From Alphaproteobacteria bacterium (GTDB lineage: Bacteria; Pseudomonadota; Alphaproteobacteria; SP197), in the NCBI GenBank assembly GCA_964291265.2, contig OZ219747.1, positions 4,288,001 through 4,352,000 of the forward strand: DNA of 64,000 bases. The letters run 5' to 3'. A program made the position numbers and the translations under genes. Below are positions 39,447 through 49,292 of this stretch, in pieces. A model generated the notes under the pieces. It saw only the letters and a program-made list of their open reading frames with translations, ran no database searches and was not told the origin of the DNA. How positions within the stretch are numbered: the first letter of the stretch is position 1; every line of letters begins with the position of its first letter.

Positions 39447-39963
39447 TCGACCGCGTCTCGTTCCTGATGATTTCAACGTTCCGGCCACGCTCGAACATCC
39501 CCGCTTTCGTCTGCGCATGCTGACGGTGAACGATCTCGTCAGGGATTACGACGCCGTCATGTCGAGCGTCGATCACCTGCGCTCGACCTACTCGCAGGAG
39601 AGCGGCAGCGACTGGCCCGCCGGCCTCACCCTGGAGGGTGACCTCGTCGATCTCGGCTGGCATCAGCGCGAATTCATCCTGCGCATCTCCTTTGCCTACA
39701 CGATGATGGCTCCCGACGAGAGCCGCTGCCTGGGCTGCGTCTACATCATGCCGACACTCAAGCGCGACCACGACGCGAAGGTGACGATGTGGGTCCGGGC
39801 CGACGAGCTCGCCAGCGGCCTCGACGATGTGCTCTACGCCACGGTCCGCTGCTGGATCACCACCACATGGCCCTTCCACTCACCGGCCTTTCCGGGCCGC
39901 GATATACCGTTTCCCGACTGGCACCGCCTGCCGGCCATCTCGCCGGAGCCAGCCGCCGGCTGA
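39439..39963 (+). CDS. GNAT-family acetyltransferase-like protein
   Basis: DYDAVMSS, WP..LTLE.DL.DL.WH..EF..R.SFAY, CLGCVYI.P, WPF..PGR. Confidence 0.75.
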   Translation: MHDRPRLVPDDFNVPATLEHPRFRLRMLTVNDLVRDYDAVMSSVDHLRSTYSQESGSDWPAGLTLEGDLVDLGWHQREFILRISFAYTMMAPDESRCLGCVYIMPTLKRDHDAKVTMWVRADELASGLDDVLYATVRCWITTTWPFHSPAFPGRDIPFPDWHRLPAISPEPAAG

Positions 39964-40023
39964 GACGATGCGGCGGTCCACCAGGGAAGCCGGACTGCGG
40001 ACCGCATACTCCGTCTTCGCCGT

Positions 40024-40998
40024 TCAGGCCAGGGCCTCACGCATCGAGACGAGAATGGCGTGCCGATCGTCGCGCGCGGCAAGCGCTTCTTCCATGTTGA
40101 CCTCGACAAAGCGTGTTTCCATGTTGGGTTGCAGCTGGCCGATGAGATCCATGTCGGCCGAAATGATCGTGCCGATCATGAAGTACCCCCCACCCGAAAC
40201 CGCATCGCGATGCAGGATGATGGGTTCGGTCCCACTTGGAACCTGGACCGAACCGTAGGGATAGCAGGCGTCGGTGATGTTCGAGGGATCCGATCCTGCG
40301 CCGAAGGGCTGCTGTCGTTCGACGAACTCCATGGTGCGGCCGCCCTGAAACCGGTATCCCATGCGATCGGCCTCGTTGGCGACTTTCCAGGAATCCTCGA
40401 AGAACGCGCGCTGCGAAGCCCCGGTGATCCGGTGCCAGTAGAGTCCCGGCAACATCCTCAGCTCACTGGACGGCCCGGGTCCCCTGTGAAGTGCCCGGGG
40501 CACGGACAGCCCGGCACGCCCGGATGCTCTCTCCCTTCCGATGGGCAGGGTGTCGCCCGACACCAGCGCCCGTCCCTCGTAACCCCCAAGAGCGCCAATG
40601 GCGTAGGTCGACCGGCTTCCAAGGGCGAGTGGCGTCGCGATACCGCCGGACACCGCGATGTAGGCGCGAGCGCCGGATCTCAGAAAATCGAATCCTAGCT
40701 TGTCACCCGGCCTGACATCAAAGGCGGTCCAGCATGGTTGTTCCACGCCATTGAGAAGGGGAGGAAGGTGCGCGCCCGTGACGGCAACGGTGACATACTC
40801 GGTGAACTCGAGATCAGGCCCCATGAAGACGGCTTCCAGGCCGGCAGCGCCTTCCGGGTTGCCGACGAGAAGGTTGGCGGCGATGAGTGCGAGCCGGTCC
40901 ATCGCGCCTCCCATGGGAATGCCGAGGTGGTAGTAGCCCGGTCGACCGAGATCCTGAATTGTCGTGAGGATGCCCGGCGAAGTGACGTTAATCGGCAT
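40024..40998 (-). CDS. Carboxyltransferase subunit (AHS2/PxpC/KipA-like)
   Basis: TTIQDLGRPG, GAMD, ANLLVGN, GSRST, DRMGYR, GSVQVP, GGY. Confidence 0.9.
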   Translation of the reverse strand: MPINVTSPGILTTIQDLGRPGYYHLGIPMGGAMDRLALIAANLLVGNPEGAAGLEAVFMGPDLEFTEYVTVAVTGAHLPPLLNGVEQPCWTAFDVRPGDKLGFDFLRSGARAYIAVSGGIATPLALGSRSTYAIGALGGYEGRALVSGDTLPIGRERASGRAGLSVPRALHRGPGPSSELRMLPGLYWHRITGASQRAFFEDSWKVANEADRMGYRFQGGRTMEFVERQQPFGAGSDPSNITDACYPYGSVQVPSGTEPIILHRDAVSGGGYFMIGTIISADMDLIGQLQPNMETRFVEVNMEEALAARDDRHAILVSMREALA

Positions 40999-41863
40999 AC
41001 AGAACCTCCATCAGCCTGGCGTTTGTCCCGTCGATATCGGCGTTGAACTCCTCCAGATCGAAGGTCACCCGACGCACACGTGGTTCGAAACGACCCTCGG
41101 CAACCGCTTCCAGCGCCTGATCGTAGGCGTCCCGGTCAATGGGACTCCATCTCACGATGTCACCCGGACGGAAGAACACCATGAAATCCTTTAGATAACT
41201 CACTTCCTGTTCAGGATCGTAGATCGGCATCGGAGTGATGCCGAACATCTGGTATCCACCGGCGCCACGAACGGAATAGATACAGGAGAAACAACCACCG
41301 TACCCCACGGTCAGCTTGGGTGTGTCCGTGCGCGGGCGGAGATACTTCGGCACCTCTATCTGACGTGCCCTTTCCACCATCTGATAGAGGAACGGCAGAC
41401 CGGAAACGAAACCAACCATCGACACGAACCACGGTGCACCGGAATGAGCCGCGACAAAGTCGTCCACACGTTCAAAGCCATTGATCCTGGACGCGAACTC
41501 GATGTCGGTGCTGCCTGGCTCCTGGTGCCGCTCACGAAATCGCATCAACGTCTCGTGCGTCCAGGGATCCTGGTAGTACACCGGGACTTCGATGATTCTC
41601 GTATCGAGCCTGGTGTCCGTGCGCGACGCGTCTGCCTCGATTTCCTTCACCATTCCGAGCAAGCGTGTGGGGTGAATGCGATCCGGATCAAACTTGATCT
41701 GGAACGAGGCGTTGGCGGGACAAATCTCCGTCACTCCGTCAACCCCGGCATCGCGAAGGACATTCGTGATGGCAAGCGAGACAAAAAACGCTTCGAGTGA
41801 CATGGCCTCGTCGACCTCGACGAACAGATGTTCGTCACCACCAAACGTATATCTGCAGGTCAT
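40988..41863 (-). CDS. Carboxyltransferase subunit (AHS1/PxpB/KipI-like)
   Basis: GGDEHLFVE, IEVPVYY, MVGFVSGLP, PRTDTP, GGYQMFG.TP, RPGD.V. Confidence 0.88.
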   Translation of the reverse strand: MTCRYTFGGDEHLFVEVDEAMSLEAFFVSLAITNVLRDAGVDGVTEICPANASFQIKFDPDRIHPTRLLGMVKEIEADASRTDTRLDTRIIEVPVYYQDPWTHETLMRFRERHQEPGSTDIEFASRINGFERVDDFVAAHSGAPWFVSMVGFVSGLPFLYQMVERARQIEVPKYLRPRTDTPKLTVGYGGCFSCIYSVRGAGGYQMFGITPMPIYDPEQEVSYLKDFMVFFRPGDIVRWSPIDRDAYDQALEAVAEGRFEPRVRRVTFDLEEFNADIDGTNARLMEVLYAD

Positions 41864-43242
41864 CCCGATGAGGCCTCCTCATTGTTCTGGCGTTTCATGG
41901 CAAGCCACTCTTCAAGCCAGCCCGTGTGGACGGCGTTGTCGGCAATGGAAGCTTCCCTGAGCAAGTCGACGAAGAGCGGGCGCGTGGTTGCGATGCCATC
42001 GATCCTCAGTTCCGAGAGAGCCCGGGAAAGTCTGGCGAGGGCATGGTCGCGGGTTTCTCCGTGAACGATCAGCTTGCCGAGAAGAGAATCGTAGAAGGGT
42101 GGCACCTGATATCCGCAATAGAGCATGTGGTCGCACCGCACGCCCGGACCATCCGGAACGGCGATGTCCGAAACCGTTCCAGGGTTCGGCAGGAAGTCAT
42201 GTGCGGGGTCCTCTGCATTGAGCCTCACTTCGATGGCATGGCCGCGTGAGCCGATGTCTTCCTGCCTGTGCCGCAAGGACCCGCCACCAGCGATGCAGAT
42301 CATCTCGGCGACCAGGTCCAGACCGGTGATCATCTCCGTGACCGGGTGTTCCACCTGGATACGGGTATTCATCTCGATGAAGTGAAACGTGCCGCGACTC
42401 TCATCAAAGAGATATTCGACTGTCCCTGCGCCCGAATATCCGACTGACTGCGCCAGGTCGACTGCCGAACGGCACAGTGCTTCGCGGGTGGCGTCATCAA
42501 GAGCGGGGGAACGAGCTTCCTCCCAGACCTTTTGCCGGCGTCGCTGCAGAGTGCACTCTCTTTCCCAGCAGTGAATCACATCCCGTCCATCACCCAGAAC
42601 CTGGACTTCGATGTGCCGGGCTCCGGGAATGATCTTCTCGATGTACAGGCCGCTGTCCCCGAATGCTGCCCGCGCTTCCGTGGCCGCCTGACCGGACAGG
42701 GTTGCGAATGATTCCGCATCCCTGGCGATGCGAATGCCTCGTCCGCCACCTCCGGCGGCGGCCTTGATCATCACGGGAAAGCCAAGATCCTCCGCGAGCC
42801 TTGCCGCGTCAGCCATGTCCTCGATGACATCGTCACTGCCCGGAACGATGGGAACACCGGCCGTGACGGCCTGACGTCGTGCCGCAGCCTTGTCACCCAT
42901 CAGGCGGATGGTGTCGGGAGAGGGTCCCACGAACATCAGCCCGGCGTTCCGACAGGCTTCCGCGAACTTCGCGCTCTCAGCCAGGAAGCCATATCCTGGA
43001 TGAATCGCGTCAGCGCCAGTTTCCCGTGCCGCGGCCAGGATGGCTTCGATCGCGAGATAGGACTTCGACGCCGGAGGCGGACCGATCTCGATGCTCTCGT
43101 CCGCGAGTTTGACGGCCAGCATGTCGCTGTCCGCTGCCGAGTGCACCTGAACGCAGGGAACTCCCAGATCCCGTGCCGCGCGTACGATGCGCACCGCGAT
43201 TTCGCCGCGATTGGCGATCATCAGCTTTCTGATACGCATCAC
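41860..43242 (-). CDS. Biotin carboxylase
   Basis: IANRGEIA, HPGYGFLAE, KAAAGGGGRG, EMNTRIQVEHPVTE, YDSLLGKL. Confidence 0.95.
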   Translation of the reverse strand: MMRIRKLMIANRGEIAVRIVRAARDLGVPCVQVHSAADSDMLAVKLADESIEIGPPPASKSYLAIEAILAAARETGADAIHPGYGFLAESAKFAEACRNAGLMFVGPSPDTIRLMGDKAAARRQAVTAGVPIVPGSDDVIEDMADAARLAEDLGFPVMIKAAAGGGGRGIRIARDAESFATLSGQAATEARAAFGDSGLYIEKIIPGARHIEVQVLGDGRDVIHCWERECTLQRRRQKVWEEARSPALDDATREALCRSAVDLAQSVGYSGAGTVEYLFDESRGTFHFIEMNTRIQVEHPVTEMITGLDLVAEMICIAGGGSLRHRQEDIGSRGHAIEVRLNAEDPAHDFLPNPGTVSDIAVPDGPGVRCDHMLYCGYQVPPFYDSLLGKLIVHGETRDHALARLSRALSELRIDGIATTRPLFVDLLREASIADNAVHTGWLEEWLAMKRQNNEEASSG

Positions 43243-43475
43243 CGCAGCACGGCCAGAACGTCGCCCGCCATGACCGCATCGGCGTCCTCGACTTCGAACC
43301 GCTCGACAATGCCGTCGATTTCGGACTTGATCTCGTGAAACGTCTTCATCACCTCGACGAGACCGATGACATCTCCGGTCACCACCCCGTCACCCACCTC
43401 CTTGTAGGGAGGCTCCTCAGGTGATGGTCTGCGGTAGAATGTGCCCGGAATCCGGCTCCTGATCACCTTGTCCAT
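43239..43475 (-). CDS. Stand-alone biotin carboxyl carrier protein
   Basis: PGTFYRRPSP, EVMKT biotinylation motif. Confidence 0.92.
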   Translation of the reverse strand: MDKVIRSRIPGTFYRRPSPEEPPYKEVGDGVVTGDVIGLVEVMKTFHEIKSEIDGIVERFEVEDADAVMAGDVLAVLR

Positions 43476-43497
43476 CGATCACTTCCTTCATGGCTGG

Positions 43498-44235
43498 TCA
43501 TGCATCCTCATCTCCACTGCCCGAGAGGGCGCGGTGCACGGCACGTGCAACTTCGGCGGCATTGGGCGTGTCCGAGTGTACGCAAACCGTTCCTGCGGTG
43601 ACTGGGAGGAGACACCCTCCGACGGTGACGAGCGTCCCTTCGGAAACCGCCTGAAGGGACCGCTTCGCCGCCAGGGCAGGATCGACAGCACCGTGATCCC
43701 GGGTGATGATCAGGTTGCCGTCGTCGCCGTAATCGAGGTCCGCGAAAAACTCGGCAAGGAACTCGATGCCGCGCGCCCTGTAGACCGTTTCATGCAAGGT
43801 ACCGGACAGTCCCATGACGGCGAGCCTGTAGATTGCTGCAGCATCGGCGACAGCCTCGGCAACGTGTTCCTGACGGGCCGCCATGCCGTAGAGCGCCCCA
43901 TGTGGCTTGATATGCGAGAGTTCCGAACCTGTTTCCTTCAGAAAGCCCGTCAGCGCGCCGACCTGGTAGAGAATGATGTTGCGCAATTCAGCGCGTTCCA
44001 TCTTCATCTCGCGGCGACCGAATCCGACCAGATCCGGAAGGGACACGTGGGCGCCGATGCGGACGCCGTACTCGTCCGCGAGGGCCACGGTCGCCGCCAT
44101 GTGGTTGGGGTCCGAGCCATGGAATCCGCATGCAACATTGGCTTGGGAAATGAACGGCATGATGGCCGCATCGTTGCCCAGCGTGTAGAGCCCGAAACTC
44201 TCACCCATGTCACAGTTGATGTCTGCAAGCATCAT
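43498..44235 (-). CDS. LamB/YcsF (PxpA-like) protein, copy 1
   Basis: INCDMGE, ANVACGFH, GFGRR, HIKPHGALY, CVHSD. Confidence 0.92.
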   Translation of the reverse strand: MMLADINCDMGESFGLYTLGNDAAIMPFISQANVACGFHGSDPNHMAATVALADEYGVRIGAHVSLPDLVGFGRREMKMERAELRNIILYQVGALTGFLKETGSELSHIKPHGALYGMAARQEHVAEAVADAAAIYRLAVMGLSGTLHETVYRARGIEFLAEFFADLDYGDDGNLIITRDHGAVDPALAAKRSLQAVSEGTLVTVGGCLLPVTAGTVCVHSDTPNAAEVARAVHRALSGSGDEDA

Positions 44236-44295
44236 TCCGACATCCCTCAATCCTTCGACGACGCAACACAGCGAAGGCGAATCTGGTCGCTGAGC

Positions 44296-45390
44296 TCATG
44301 TCATGGGCAGCAGATGACCATCGGCGGAAGACCAGCTCACGGTCAGGCTGTCACCGTGACGCGGCGCCGACTGTCCCTTGCTCAGGCTCTCATGCTGCTC
44401 GACCTTGAGCTCCTCGCCGTTGCCCAGGTCCAGCACCAGCAGGATGACGCTGCCAGCATACTCGAGACCCTTGATAATGCCTGTCAAGCTGTTGTCTCCG
44501 GACGATTCCTCGCCCAACTGCGTACGCATCAGGTCGGCGCGAACCACCAGTGTGACCCGCTGGCCGACATCGAGCGCCGTGCCGTTCTGGTCTATGCTGA
44601 AGGTCGCATGCGGCGTTTCGACCATGATCTTGTTCGCGGAAACCCCGCTCACCCTGCCGTCGAACAGATTGTTGCGCCCGACGAATTCGGCGACGAAACG
44701 TGACGTCGGCTCGTTGTAGATCGTCTGGGGCGAGTCGACCTGCTCGAACCGGCCCTCGTTCATGACCGCGATGCGATCGGCCATGACCAGTGCTTCGCCT
44801 TGATTGTGCGAAACGTGAATGAAGGTAATCCCCATCTGGCGCTGGAGGGACTTGAGTTCACTCTGCATCTCGATGCGAAGCTTGGCATCAAGCGAACCGA
44901 GGGGCTCGTCCAGGAGAATCAGAGCGGGCTCCACAACCAGGGCTCTGGCCAGCGCCACGCGCTGCCTCTGACCGCCCGAGAGCTGATCAATGCTGCGTCG
45001 GGCCAGATCTTCCATTCCGACCACACGCAACGCCCTGAGTGCCTTTTCCTTTCGATCCCGGGGAGACTCACCACGCATGCGCAGACCGAACTCCACATTC
45101 TTGATCGCGGTCAGATGCGGGAAAAGGGCAAAGGACTGGAACACCAGGCCTATGTTGCGCCGATATGGAGGCACTCCCTCCATATGCTCGCCACGGACGA
45201 TGATCTGTCCACTGTCCGGCTGATCAAGGCCGGCAATCAGACGCATGGTGGTCGTCTTGCCGCAGCCGCTCGGGCCGATGACCGACAGGAATTCCCCGCG
45301 ATGGACCTCGAGTTCGACGTCATCAACCGCGACCACGTCACCAAAACGCTTGGTGACGCTCTTGAGTTGGATATCGGACTCAAGCATCAC
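44296..45390 (-). CDS. ABC transporter ATP-binding protein (PotA-like)
   Basis: GPSGCGKT, LSGGQRQR, LLDEP, TOBE C-terminus. Confidence 0.95.
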   Translation of the reverse strand: MMLESDIQLKSVTKRFGDVVAVDDVELEVHRGEFLSVIGPSGCGKTTTMRLIAGLDQPDSGQIIVRGEHMEGVPPYRRNIGLVFQSFALFPHLTAIKNVEFGLRMRGESPRDRKEKALRALRVVGMEDLARRSIDQLSGGQRQRVALARALVVEPALILLDEPLGSLDAKLRIEMQSELKSLQRQMGITFIHVSHNQGEALVMADRIAVMNEGRFEQVDSPQTIYNEPTSRFVAEFVGRNNLFDGRVSGVSANKIMVETPHATFSIDQNGTALDVGQRVTLVVRADLMRTQLGEESSGDNSLTGIIKGLEYAGSVILLVLDLGNGEELKVEQHESLSKGQSAPRHGDSLTVSWSSADGHLLPMT

Positions 45391-45572
45391 GAAATCCCTT
45401 TCCGGACCGGTGTGAAGGGTACCCGCTTCTCCCGTTCATGACAAACACCCTTGGCCCAGTGTTCGGCGACTGTCCAGGTCACCGTCGACACGCAGATGGG
45501 ACAGTTTCCGTGCTTCGGGTGTTCATCAGGGCCGTTGGCTTTTTTCGGGCGGGCACGAGCTCGATCTTCGAC

Positions 45573-46400
45573 CTGGGCTGAACTTCCCGCGAAATCACCG
45601 TGGATTTGGGGCATGGCGATTGATCTTGCCGGACAATGAGCAGGCATGTGGGGGGCAGGACGTTCCCGTGTCATGGATCGGTTCCTGCCTGACACTGGAT
45701 GTTCTCCCCTCCCTGACAGCTCCCCTCCCGCCATCTGTGCTTCGCGAAGGATGACGAAAGAGAAGATCGAGGCCTTGCGAAGGGGCACAGGAACGCACCT
45801 CTGATCGCGCGTGATGATGCCTTCGACATCACGACCACTCCTGTCTCCTGCCTCTGCAGGACTGGCCCCTTCGCGCCTGATGTCATCGCTCCGCAGCACG
45901 CCATCGTCGGGATCAACGAAGTCGCGCCATGGACGTTCATGGTGGCGGTTGCGACCGCACGGATTGCTGATCCACCGGATCAGCACATCGGCTTCGGGCG
46001 ATCGACTGAAGCGATCAGGGGCAAGGCCATCTCGACATTGCCCGGCTGACCCATGGCGCCGCAGTCGAACAGACGCAAGGTCCGAAACACCGGCATGGGT
46101 GGTCTGCGGAGAGAACCGCTGATCGGGCCGGCCGGTCATCCGGTACAGATCTCGTCAGCAGGCAACTGCTGCAACGTCGGCCCTGGACCGTGTTCCCGGC
46201 CCTGCAGGGTCGTCATGGCCTCGATCACCCGGCCGAACCGGAGCACTGTCCTTGTCTGCATGCTTGTGTTCACCGGTTGGCCCTGTTTCGAACAGTCGGA
46301 AACGGAACGGCAGACTTTCGGAGGGCCGGCGATGCCCTTCGTCCAAGCGGCGAAGGAAACATGCGCCACAGGCGGCGCAGGGACCCGGAACATCGGCTGA
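45573..46400 (+). mobile_element. Degraded IS1634-family element
   Basis: Left end CTGGGCTGAACTTCC; right end CCGGAACATCGGCTGA. Ordered transposase-like fragments: SSPPAI/LREG, KEKIEALRR, LIARDDAFDIT, VAVATARIADP, RSTVLVCMLV. The left ~125 nt align with the element at 1-342. Confidence 0.65.
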
Positions 46401-46443
46401 CCGTGAAACGACCGTCCCGCCTCGATCCCCGGGCGGGGACTGT

Positions 46444-47217
46444 TCAATTCACTTCCATGCAATCGATATCTCGTGGGCTTTCTGGCAAACACGAAGTCAG
46501 CATGGTCTTCAGGGCCTCGTGAACCGCCCGGACGACTGCAACGGCATCCGGCGTGTCGCCATGGACGCAGATGCTGTCAGCCCGCACGTCGACATCCTTG
46601 CCGTTGATCGACGTCGTCTTGCCCTCGTTGACGGCGCGCAGCACACGACCTGCAGCGGTTTCAGCGGCAACGGGTCGATGTTCCATGGTGATGATCTGCC
46701 AACCCCGGTCGTCGTAGTCGAGATCCGCATAGAACTCGCAGGAATAGGGAATGCCGCGTTCTCGGTAGACCTCGTCCTGCACGCAGTTGGAGGAACCGAT
46801 GACCGGAACATCGAAGATCTCCGCCGCATCCGCGATCCCGTGCGCCATGTCCTGATCCTTCATCGCCATGCCGAACAAGGCACCGTGGGGTTTGAAGTGA
46901 CTGAGCGCGATGCCCTCCGCTTCGAGAAAGCCCTTGAGGGCGCCAACCTGATATATGACCATCGCCGCCGTCTCGTCGCGGGAGAGCTTGATTTCGCGTC
47001 GGCCGAAACCCTCGCGGTCGGGAAAGCCGGGATGTGCGCCGATGCTGAGGCCATGTTTCTTCGCCGCCCGCACGGTTCGCCACATGATCCTCGGATCGGA
47101 GGCATGAAAGCCGCAGGCAATGTTCGCATGGGTGACGAACGGCATGCAGGCCTCGTCATCTCCCATCTTGTAGATTCCGAAGCCTTCACCCATGTCGCAG
47201 TTGATCGTGACGGCCAT
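46444..47217 (-). CDS. LamB/YcsF (PxpA-like) protein, copy 2
   Basis: INCDMGE, ANIACGFH, GAHPGFPD..GFGRR, HFKPHGALF, CVHGD. Confidence 0.92.
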   Translation of the reverse strand: MAVTINCDMGEGFGIYKMGDDEACMPFVTHANIACGFHASDPRIMWRTVRAAKKHGLSIGAHPGFPDREGFGRREIKLSRDETAAMVIYQVGALKGFLEAEGIALSHFKPHGALFGMAMKDQDMAHGIADAAEIFDVPVIGSSNCVQDEVYRERGIPYSCEFYADLDYDDRGWQIITMEHRPVAAETAAGRVLRAVNEGKTTSINGKDVDVRADSICVHGDTPDAVAVVRAVHEALKTMLTSCLPESPRDIDCMEVN

Positions 47218-47234
47218 GCCGGTCTCTCTTCCTC

Positions 47235-49292
47235 CTACAGTGTCACCAGATAGTTGCCATGGGGATCCACCAGCGCGCTTTGGCCAGCGAGCAGCAAGCT
47301 GGTGAATGTCTCCTCCTCGATCACGGCGGGTCCGTCGATCGTTGCGCCGGCGCCCAGGGAATCGCCATCGTACACGGCCACATCGGTGATGCCGCCGAGT
47401 TCATGGATGTAGACCGGGCGCTGCGCCTTGGGCGTGGCAGCGCCGTCCCGAATCGCGATCGGCTGTCCTCGGCGCTGCTCCCGGTACGTGTTGATCCCGA
47501 CGGCGCGCACCTTCCAGGTGGTGAACTCGACCGTGTCGTCTTCGTCCTTGATGGTGTAGATGCGGTAGTGCGTTTCGTGAAAGGCCTCAACCAGTCGCTC
47601 CACGTCGGCTGCAGAGACGGTCCCGTTGTCCAGCTCGCAGGGCACGTCGATCTCCCAGGACTGGTATTCGTAGCGACCCAGATAGACATACTCATAGCGC
47701 CGATCCTCCGGCGCCACGCCGGCGCGGTCGAGAAAGGCCGTACCACGCTGGCGCAGGGTTTCGAGAATCGCGTTCACACCCTCGAGGTCAAAGCGCTTGT
47801 CGTCGGTGTGCAAGGTCGCGCTCTCCTCCCAACGGAGGTCGGAGATCAGGCCGCCGAATGCGCTGAGACCCGCTGCGAATTTGGGAATCATCAGTCGTCC
47901 CATGCCCAGCACCGATGCCATCTCACCGATGTGGCAGGCCGTGGCTCCGCCGCCACAGACCAGATAGCTGTCGCGCGGATTGATTCCCTCACGGATCGTG
48001 ATGTCCTCGATCGCGGTGATCATGTTGTGGTTGCTGGTCGTATGAACCGCATAGGCCGCATCGATCAGCCCGATCGAAAGCCGTTCGGCGATTTCGGCGA
48101 CCGCCCCTTCTGCGGCCGCCCTGTCCAGCTTGATGCGTCCACCCAGGAAATAGTCGGGATCAATGATCCCGAGGATCACGTTGGCGTCGGTCACAGTGGG
48201 ATCGGTCCCACCCAGACCATAGCAGGCAGGGCCCGGTCGCGCTCCAGCGCTCTGCGGTCCGACGCGCAGAAGTCCGCCAACATCCACCCAGGCAATACTT
48301 CCGCCACCAGCGCCGATCGAGCGTACGTCGACCTTGGGGATGCCGAGCATGTCCTTGCCGATCATCGCTTCCGGCGTGACCACGAGTTGTCCACCACGGA
48401 TCGCTGAAACGTCGAAAGTCGTGCCACCCATGTCGCCGACAATGACATCGGGCTCGTCGGTCAGATGCTGCGCCGCGATGGGGGCGAGGGTCGGGCCGGA
48501 CATGACGCTGTAGATCGGTTTGCCGACAATCTCCTCGGGTGGCATCATGCCGCCGACGCAGTTGCCCATGAGCAGCTCTCGCCTGTATCCGTTCTCTTCC
48601 AGTGCCTTTTGCAGGACCTCGACGTAGGAACTGACGATCGGGCTGAGACTGGCGTCAATCACTGCCGAGATGGCCCGCCGGTATTCCCGGGGGATCGGGT
48701 TGAGTTCGTGGCTGAGCGTCACCGGAATTCCCGGCCATTCGGCATGGATGATCTCGCCGATGCGCCGTTCGTGTGCGCCGTTGGCGACCGACCAGAGCAG
48801 ACAGACGCCGATCGCCTCGACATCGAGCCGGCGAAAGTGGGCGACCGCCGCCATGACATCGCGTTCCTCGAGCGGCACCAATTCGCTGCCGTCTGCCGCG
48901 ATGCGGCCACGCACCGTACGGGTCCGGCTGCGTGGAACGTAGGGTTCCGGGAAGTTCAGACGCCATTCGAACGATCGTTTCCGCGGCGCCTCCCGCAAGG
49001 TCAGGATGTCCGGGAATCCCTCGTTGGTGATGAAACCGACCGGTCTGGTCTTGCCCTCGACCAGGGCGTTGGTCGACACCGTGGAGCCGTGGACGATTGA
49101 CCGGACCTGACCGAGAAAGCCCTTCAGATCATGGCCGTAGAACTCCGCGGCAATCGCCAGGACATCGATGAAGCCTCGCTCGAAGGCATCCGGCGTCGAT
49201 GGCGACTTGAATATGTGCAATGCACCCGCTTCGTCTGCGACCACGCAATCAGTGAAGGTTCCGCCGATGTCGATGCAAAGGCTGTAACTCAT
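47235..49292 (-). CDS. Hydantoinase/oxoprolinase subunit A (HyuA-like, ATP-binding)
   Basis: IDIGGTFTD, HGST..TNAL, DMGGTTFD, IGAGGGSIA, VGPQSAGA.PGPACY. Confidence 0.93.
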   Translation of the reverse strand: MSYSLCIDIGGTFTDCVVADEAGALHIFKSPSTPDAFERGFIDVLAIAAEFYGHDLKGFLGQVRSIVHGSTVSTNALVEGKTRPVGFITNEGFPDILTLREAPRKRSFEWRLNFPEPYVPRSRTRTVRGRIAADGSELVPLEERDVMAAVAHFRRLDVEAIGVCLLWSVANGAHERRIGEIIHAEWPGIPVTLSHELNPIPREYRRAISAVIDASLSPIVSSYVEVLQKALEENGYRRELLMGNCVGGMMPPEEIVGKPIYSVMSGPTLAPIAAQHLTDEPDVIVGDMGGTTFDVSAIRGGQLVVTPEAMIGKDMLGIPKVDVRSIGAGGGSIAWVDVGGLLRVGPQSAGARPGPACYGLGGTDPTVTDANVILGIIDPDYFLGGRIKLDRAAAEGAVAEIAERLSIGLIDAAYAVHTTSNHNMITAIEDITIREGINPRDSYLVCGGGATACHIGEMASVLGMGRLMIPKFAAGLSAFGGLISDLRWEESATLHTDDKRFDLEGVNAILETLRQRGTAFLDRAGVAPEDRRYEYVYLGRYEYQSWEIDVPCELDNGTVSAADVERLVEAFHETHYRIYTIKDEDDTVEFTTWKVRAVGINTYREQRRGQPIAIRDGAATPKAQRPVYIHELGGITDVAVYDGDSLGAGATIDGPAVIEEETFTSLLLAGQSALVDPHGNYLVTL

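Noticed and set aside
41860-43475. Housekeeping accBC of acetyl-CoA carboxylase
   Set aside because: The BCCP is a minimal 78-aa form and the genes are coupled to AHS1/AHS2/LamB, so the accB/accC symbols were withheld.
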